Of a DNA stretch of 58,317 nucleotides, positions 52,188-58,317 are shown piece after piece (position 1 is the stretch's first letter; every line of letters starts with the position of its first letter). The notes under the pieces were generated by a model. The model worked only from the letters and a program-made list of their open reading frames with translations. It was not told the origin of the DNA and searched no databases. The stretch comes from Macrostomum lignano (taxonomy: Eukaryota): assembly GCA_002269645.1 (NCBI GenBank), contig NIVC01002480.1, positions 1 through 58,317 of the forward strand. Reading direction: 5' to 3'. Position numbers and translations under genes: made by a program.

Positions 52188-54145
52188 TCAAGCCTTCTTA
52201 GCCTTGAGCTTATCCAGGTACTGGCCCAGCTGTGCCTGCACCCTACTATCCAGCACGTAGTCGCAGAAAGCGTTCATATCCTCCTGTCTGGCACTGTCCA
52301 ACCGGTTAATCAAATTCGACCTGAGCATCCGCTTTACATCGGCTCGAGCTCGGGGCGACACGGCCAGATAGCGGCTAAGCGTTGATTCCGTCTTCTTCAA
52401 TAGTTCGGCTTCGTTATCGAATAATTCGTCAACTAAACCGGCTTCGAGCGCGGCCTGCGGACCGATCAGCTGGCCGGCAGCAACCAGACGCTCGCAGTTC
52501 CGATTGCCGGCAACAAAACGAAACAATTCAACCAGCCAGACGGGCGGAGCAACTCCAAATTGGGTCTCGTTGAGGCCGGTGAGCAGTTTGGGATTGCTGG
52601 ACATCAGGCGGTAGTCGCTAGATAGGGACAGGGCCATTGCGCCGGCCATGCAGTGGCCCTGGGAATGCCAGGTGTCAATTGTTACCCGTGTGACTTCTGG
52701 CTGCAAGCTTGTTTCACCTGTTCTCACCTGTTGACTAGTTTCACCTGTTCTCACCTGTTGACTAGTTTCACCTATTCTCACCTGTTGACTAGTTTCACCT
52801 GTTCTCACCTTTTGACTAGTTTCACCTGTTGACTAGTTTCACCTGTTGACTAATTTTACCTGTTAACTTGTTTCACCCGTTGACTAGTTTTACCTGTTCT
52901 CACCTATTGACTAGTTTCACCTGTTCTCACCTGTTGACTAGTTTCACCTGTTCACACCTGTTGACTAGTTTCACCTGTTCACACCTGTTGACTAGTTTCA
53001 CCTGTTCACACCTGTTGACTAATTTCACCTGTTGACTTGTTTCACCTGTTCTCACCTGTTGACTAGCTTTACCTGTTCTCACCTATTGACTAGCTTCACC
53101 TGTTGACTTGTTTCACCTGTTGACTTGTTTCACCTGTTGACTTGTTTCACCTGTTCTCACCTGTTGACTAATTTCACCTGTTGACTTGTTTCACCTGTTG
53201 ACTAGTTTTACCTGTTCTCACCTATTGACTAGTTTCACCTGTTCTCACCTGTTAACTAGCTTCATCTGTTCTCACCTGTTGACTAGTTTCACCTGTTCTC
53301 ACCTGTTGAAAAATTTCACCTGTTCTCACCTGTTGACTAGTTTTACCTGTTCTCGCCTATTGACTAGCTTCATCTGTTGACTTGTTTCACCTGTTGACTA
53401 ATTTCACCCGTTGACTTTTTCACCTGTTCTCACCTTTTGACTTATTTCACCCGTTGACTTTTTCACCTGTTCTCACCTTTTGACTAATTTCACCCGTTGA
53501 CTTGTTTCACATGTTCTCACCTGTTGACTTGTTTCACATGTTCTCACCTGTTGACTAATTTCACCTGTTGACTAGTTTCACCTGTTGACTAATTTCACCT
53601 GTTCTCATCTGTTGACTAATTTCACCTGTTGACTAGTTTCACCTGTTCTCATCTGTTGACTAGTTGCACTGTTGTTTATTCGGTAGGCATTTTACCTGTG
53701 ACCGAATTTCCCAGCTAGTAATCACAACAAATCTCACCTGAATCTGAGCAATCACAACAAATCTCACCTGAATCTGAGCAATCACAACCAAATCTGTGCC
53801 AAATAGGTTCAAGAACAGCTCCTGAATCTCAGTGTAGAACTCTATGAGCCGCTCCCTATTGCTACCAGCCAGTTCCGTCAGCTCGAATCCGGCGCTAAAA
53901 ATGCCAGCCAGCTGAGACCGCAGCAGCACGGCCCGAGCGCCGGACTTCTCAGCCTGTAGCAGCGCCTTGTTGAACTGGGCGGCCAGCTCGCCGTTCATAG
54001 CGTTGGCCGGCTTGCGGCAGAGCTCGATTGAAACGACGCCGTCCGAGGCGGACTGTTCGCGCAGCTGCACCAGTTGAGAGGAGCCGGACAGCAAGCGGCG
54101 GCAGCCGGACACGGCTACTCGGCTGAACAGTCGGGTTGGCAGCAT
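52188..54145 (-). CDS. ECI1: Enoyl-CoA delta isomerase 1, mitochondrial-like (crotonase family), ~282 aa
   Basis: Exons 53768-54145 and 52188-52658 (phase 0). Arg/Ser-rich transit-peptide-like N-terminus, KPANAM, FSAGFEL, GHCMAGA, DYRLM, GLNETQFG (catalytic Glu present), ALEAGLVDE. Confidence 0.92.
52705..53662. repeat. Intronic minisatellite, 27-bp and 17-bp units (TTCACCTGTTCTCACCTGTTGACTAGT)
   Basis: Direct repetition within ECI1 intron 52659-53767. Confidence 0.95.
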
Positions 54146-54235
54146 CGCTGCGGGGTGCCCACTGTACTTTTATTTCTATGTTCCTAAATCATTATTCATA
54201 AACTTTACTATTATCAGAAATACTGTCAATACAAA

Positions 54236-54545
54236 CTTTGGCACCTGAGCGATTTCCCATCAGCTTTGGCACCTGAGCGATTCCCCATCAGCTTTGGCAC
54301 CTGAGCGATTCCCCATCAGCTTTGGCACCTGAGCGATTCCCCATCAGCTTTGGCACCTGAGCGATTCCCATCAGCTTTGGCACCTGAGCGATTCCCCATC
54401 AGCTTTGGCACCTGAGCGATTCCCCATCAGCTTTGGCACCTGAGCGATTCCCCATCAGCTTTGGCACCTGAGCGATTCCCCATCAGTTTTGGCACCTGAG
54501 CGATTCCCCATCAGCTTTGGCACCTGAGCGATTCCCCATCAGCTT
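54236..54545. repeat. Minisatellite, 28-bp unit (TTTGGCACCTGAGCGATTCCCCATCAGC)
   Basis: About 11 direct copies upstream of the ECI1 start. Confidence 0.96.
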
Positions 54546-54877
54546 TCGCATTTGAGAAAATCCACTATGAAACTTAGCAACTCATACCTCGTGCATTGTA
54601 CAATTCATACCAAGCTTAGGAATAATCTATCCAGGCTAGTCAAAGAATGCCACAGCTTAACAATCAAGTTCAAACAAAGCAAAATAAATTTATTGTTTGT
54701 TGAGAGCAAAGCAGCAGGCTCATACGGCCTCATTAAAACACGCAACGAGGCAGTATAAAAAACAGTAAACAAAAAAATTACGTTATAAACGCTAAAACAA
54801 AACAGACTTCGAGTAGTATAATACGCATTTTTTATCTATCTAATGTGCAATCATACAAGCATCTCATCGCAATTTAA

Positions 54878-54954
54878 GTCAGTCAGTCAGTCAGTCAGTC
54901 AGTCAGTCAGTCAGTCAGTCAGTCAGTCAGTCAGTCAGTCAGTCAGTCAGTCAG
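54878..54954. repeat. (CAGT)n microsatellite abutting the stop codon of the second ECI gene
   Basis: Direct. Confidence 0.96.
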
Positions 54955-57900
54955 GCCATCCGCTGCAGCGCCCCGGCCAGCAGCTGCTGGCACTCGGGCC
55001 GCAGCACGCTGTCCACAAACTGGTCCAAATCGGTCTCATCAGACATCGCCCCTAGTACTGGTCTGCTTAGCAGCGATCGAACCGAGTTAATGGCCCGGGG
55101 ATCGGTGGCGTGCACCCGAGAAAGTTGCCGACCGGCTGCTTGGTCAAGAGCGTCGGAGTCCTTGGCCAAGATGTCTACTAGGCCGAGAGCCAGGGCTTGG
55201 CGCGGCGTGTGCAGCTGGGCGGGCAGGACGGCCCGCTCGCAGGCGTGCGGGCTGGAGAACCGACTCTCGGCCAGCCGGATCAGCCTGGCCGGATCGGTAA
55301 TGGATTGTCTTGTGATGGGTTGTCTGGTAATGGATTGTCTGGTGATGGGTTGTCTGGTGATGGGCTGTCTGGTGATGGGATGTCCGGTAATGGGCTGTCT
55401 GGTGATGGACTGTCTGGTAATGGGCTGTCTGGTAATGGGCATTGGCTGTCTAGTATTGAGGTGCATTATATTACAGATGTACATCTTGTATACTAATTGC
55501 ATTTAAAGCTTGCACTTACCATTCAGGCGGCGTGATGCCCTGTCAGAGAAATTAGAAATGGATGGGATAGATTGCCACATCATCTTTAATAATTAATAAA
55601 ACGACAATAACATTCTCAAGAGACAAGCCGTACCACTTTGGTAGGAGTGAGTCCAATTTTAATCTTGTCGCTGTCAAGAGCAATTCGATAGTCACAGGCC
55701 AGGGCGAGAGCGCAACCACCGGCTGGCGCGTGCCCTGAGATCCAGGAGTGAGATGCGATCTTGGATGTAGATCTATTGCGATCTTGTAGATCTATTGCAA
55801 TCTTGTAGATCTATTGCGATCTTGTAGATCTATTGCGATCTTGTAGATCTATTGCGATCTTGTAGATCTTTTGCGATCTTGTAGATCTATTGCGATCTTG
55901 TAGATCTATTGCGATCTTGTAGATCTATTGCAATCTTGTAGATCTATTGCAATCTTGTAGATCTATTGCGATCTTGTAGATCTATTGCGATCTTGTAGAT
56001 CTATTGCGATCTTGTAGATCTATTGCGATCTTGTAGATCTATTGCGATCTTGTAGATCTATTGCGATCTTGTAGATCTATTGCGATCTTGTAGATCTATT
56101 GCGATCTTGTAGATCTATTGCGATCTTGTAGATCTATTGCGATCTTGTAGATCTATTGCGATCATGTAGATCTATTGCGATCTTGTAGATCTATTGCGAT
56201 CATGTAGATCTATTGCGATCTTGTAGATCTATTGCGATCAGTGCTGCAACTCTATATTGTGAAAAAATTAACGCACAAGGGAAAAAAACGCTTTCTAAAA
56301 TTATGATTGTTTTTACCCCCCGTCACTAAAAGATGTTTGAACGTAGAATTTTTAACGCTAAATTCGAATTTTATATTTAATTTTTTTCCTTGATTCCAGA
56401 TAGGCAACACAACAAACAAAACACACAACACAGTGCAAGAATAATGAACCGCTGTAATGAATTGACTTTAATAAAAAATTGATTGCTAAAAAGTTGCTTG
56501 TACTTAAAGAACAATGTGAAAGTTTATCCGTCATAGACAGTCAGATCAATTTATTGTACTACATTGTCATGGTCACAGGGCTTCTTGCTGGTGGAAGCTT
56601 CTCCATTAGCGTCGGCGATGGATTCTTGGTCCACATTGGCTTGACTAGAGGACTTGCGCTTCGTAGCTCTGCCTCCATCAAAATCACGTTGGTCTAGCAT
56701 TTGGCGGTTTTTTTCCACTGCCATTTCGGCTTTCTGGGCAGCCTCCCGCTCACGCTGCGCTTGCTTTAGGTGCTCAGCGACCTTCTGCAGCGCCAACTCT
56801 GCTTCGGTGACCTTTCGATTGGCTTCCTGCCTGAGGTTATGAGCAGCCTTCTCTCGCTGGCGAATCTTCGTTGCTTGCTCTAGGCGCTGCATTTCGCGAT
56901 TTGCTGCCTCAGCATCCTTGGCCGCTTGCACTGCAGCAGCCGCCTGAGCCTTTTCTGTTGCCTTACGCTTTTTCTTTTCTGCCTGGTGGCGAAATACTTG
57001 GCTCGTGCTTCGATCCCGAGATCAATCAGGTTCCGACTGATGTTCGCATAGATGCACAGTTGCTGAGTTGAGCAAAGGAAGCTACGAACTCGAAGATGAG
57101 CTAGACGAGTGGTGTCAGCCATTGCGTTTCGCTTTGAATTATCATCGATGTCACTTGACTTCCCTATAGCACGTTCTGGATCGGCATTGGCGTGGAAGAA
57201 GGTCATGACAGCTTGCGCTAACTTAGTCATCAAGGGGAACGCTGGCTCGTCGAAGATGTTCTTCTTATTGGCGACCTGACGCCAGAAAAGTGCTGGTGCT
57301 GGTAGCTTTCGACAAGATGCCCTTGAAGATGCAGCTGCTGAACTTCTTGACGAAGAGAGTCAAGTTCCTTCTGGCGTATTACTGTTGGCAGCTGCTTGGC
57401 CAGCGCAACAGCAAGGTCGGGACTCTCTTCGTCAAGCAGTTTGCCTGGATTGAGAACTTACAGGCGCCGTAGGAATGGAAGTTCAGTTGCTAGGTAGGCA
57501 GCAAAGGCTTGATAGAATGCACGAACCTTAAGAAAGAATAGTGCGTTTTGAGATTCTCGTCTTCCTGGGTCGCGGAGTAGAATTCGAGTCTCCTCGCCGA
57601 CTCCCAGCTGGCTGTCATCGACTTGGCCGTTTCTTCGCTGGGCTTGTTTATTTATAATCATGAAAAAGGATGGGTACGGTGTATATAATAAGAAAAAACG
57701 CAGATATTACGCCTGGTGAAAAAATTATCGCATAACGCAGAGCCAGAGCTAAAAAAACGCAGCTGCGTTAAAAACGCAGGTAGTGGCAGCACTGATTGCG
57801 ATCTTGTAGATCTATTGCGATCTTGTAGATCTATTGCAATCTTGTAGATCCATTGCAATCTTGTAGATCTATTGCGATCTTGTAGATCTATTGCGATCTT

Positions 57901-58141
57901 GTAGATCTAGAATACCTAGTGAATCTAGAATATCTAGTAGATCTAGAATAGGATCTGGCTGTCAGTCAAAAGCAGTAGGCTAAAAACTCACAGCAATCTG
58001 GGCCACAGTATAGAATGGCGCGGTGTACAGACTGTAAAACGCCTCCCGGAAAAGCTTGAGAAAGTCTTTCAGCTGATTGCGAGATGCCGGACGGCACAGA
58101 GTGTTGAGATCGAAACCCGACGAGAATAGTGTTGGCAGCGA
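54951..58141 (-). CDS. Second, divergent ECI1-like crotonase-family paralog (5' exons outside window)
   Basis: Exons 57992-58141 (SLPTLFSSGFDL...LYTAPFYTVAQIA), 55634-55734 (GHAPAGGCALALACDYRI...GLTPTKV; one base short), 55520-55539 (20-nt micro-exon GITPPE), 54951-55284 (...ALALGLVDIL...LQRMA*); all GT-AG. Confidence 0.88.
55300..55445. repeat. Intronic minisatellite, 15-bp unit (GGGCTGTCTGGTGAT)
   Basis: Direct. Confidence 0.92.
55770..57910. repeat. Intronic minisatellite, 19-bp unit (GATCTATTGCGATCTTGTA), split by a transposon into 55770-56238 and 57795-57910
   Basis: Same unit on both sides of the insertion. Confidence 0.95.
56239..57794 (-). mobile_element. Internally deleted hAT-superfamily DNA transposon (1556 bp) with a decayed C-terminal transposase fragment (~56551-57640)
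   Basis: TIR CAGTGCTGC at both ends; 8-bp TSD ATTGCGAT (56231-56238 and 57795-57802); subterminal AACGC(AG) repeats. Minus-strand peptide FFLKVRAFYQAFAAYLATELP...FWRQV...FPLMTKLAQAVMTFFHANADPERA...KRNAM matches the hAT C-terminal dimerisation region; one in-frame stop and frameshifts. Confidence 0.9.
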
Positions 58142-58317
58142 CTGGCGTTAGAAAATGCGGTTGCGGCTGGTTTATAACGCAATGGCGTTGCGTACTCTAT
58201 TGAGTAGCATACATGTAGACAGGAGCTTTAAAGCTATGGCTTAGGGGCTACCCAACAAAGGAACAGACTAAGGCTAGGGGCTACAAAAAAGGAACAGCGT
58301 GAGGCTAGGGGATACCT

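Overview
Eukaryotic (animal) genomic DNA, not prokaryotic. It has GC-rich spliced exons separated by GT-AG introns, most of which carry their own private mini- or microsatellite. This style resembles the flatworm Macrostomum lignano, but that is an inference. Genes reconstructed by hand from splice sites and protein motifs: (1) the 3' two-thirds of THADA/TRM732 (+, 18 exons, ~1416-27830); (2) an intronless class-A GPCR nested in a THADA intron (+, 18911-20193, four 1-bp deletions) and its intact inverted paralog (-, 38937-40199); (3) tRNA-His(GTG); (4) a 4-exon, ~820-aa secreted protein with an unrecognised ~400-aa N-terminal region and three WSC-type modules (+, 32119-37729); (5) a candidate micro-exon gene (-, ~42.5-46.6 kb) containing a long foldback element; (6) C1GALT1-like core-1 galactosyltransferase (-, 47861-50868); (7) two tandem ECI1-like enoyl-CoA isomerases (-), the second lacking the catalytic Glu and carrying an internally deleted hAT transposon with an 8-bp TSD. 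Most long ORFs in the supplied track are artefacts of tandem repeats. Several isolated 1-bp deletions in conserved exons suggest consensus sequencing errors. All homology calls are from motif recognition; no database search was run.
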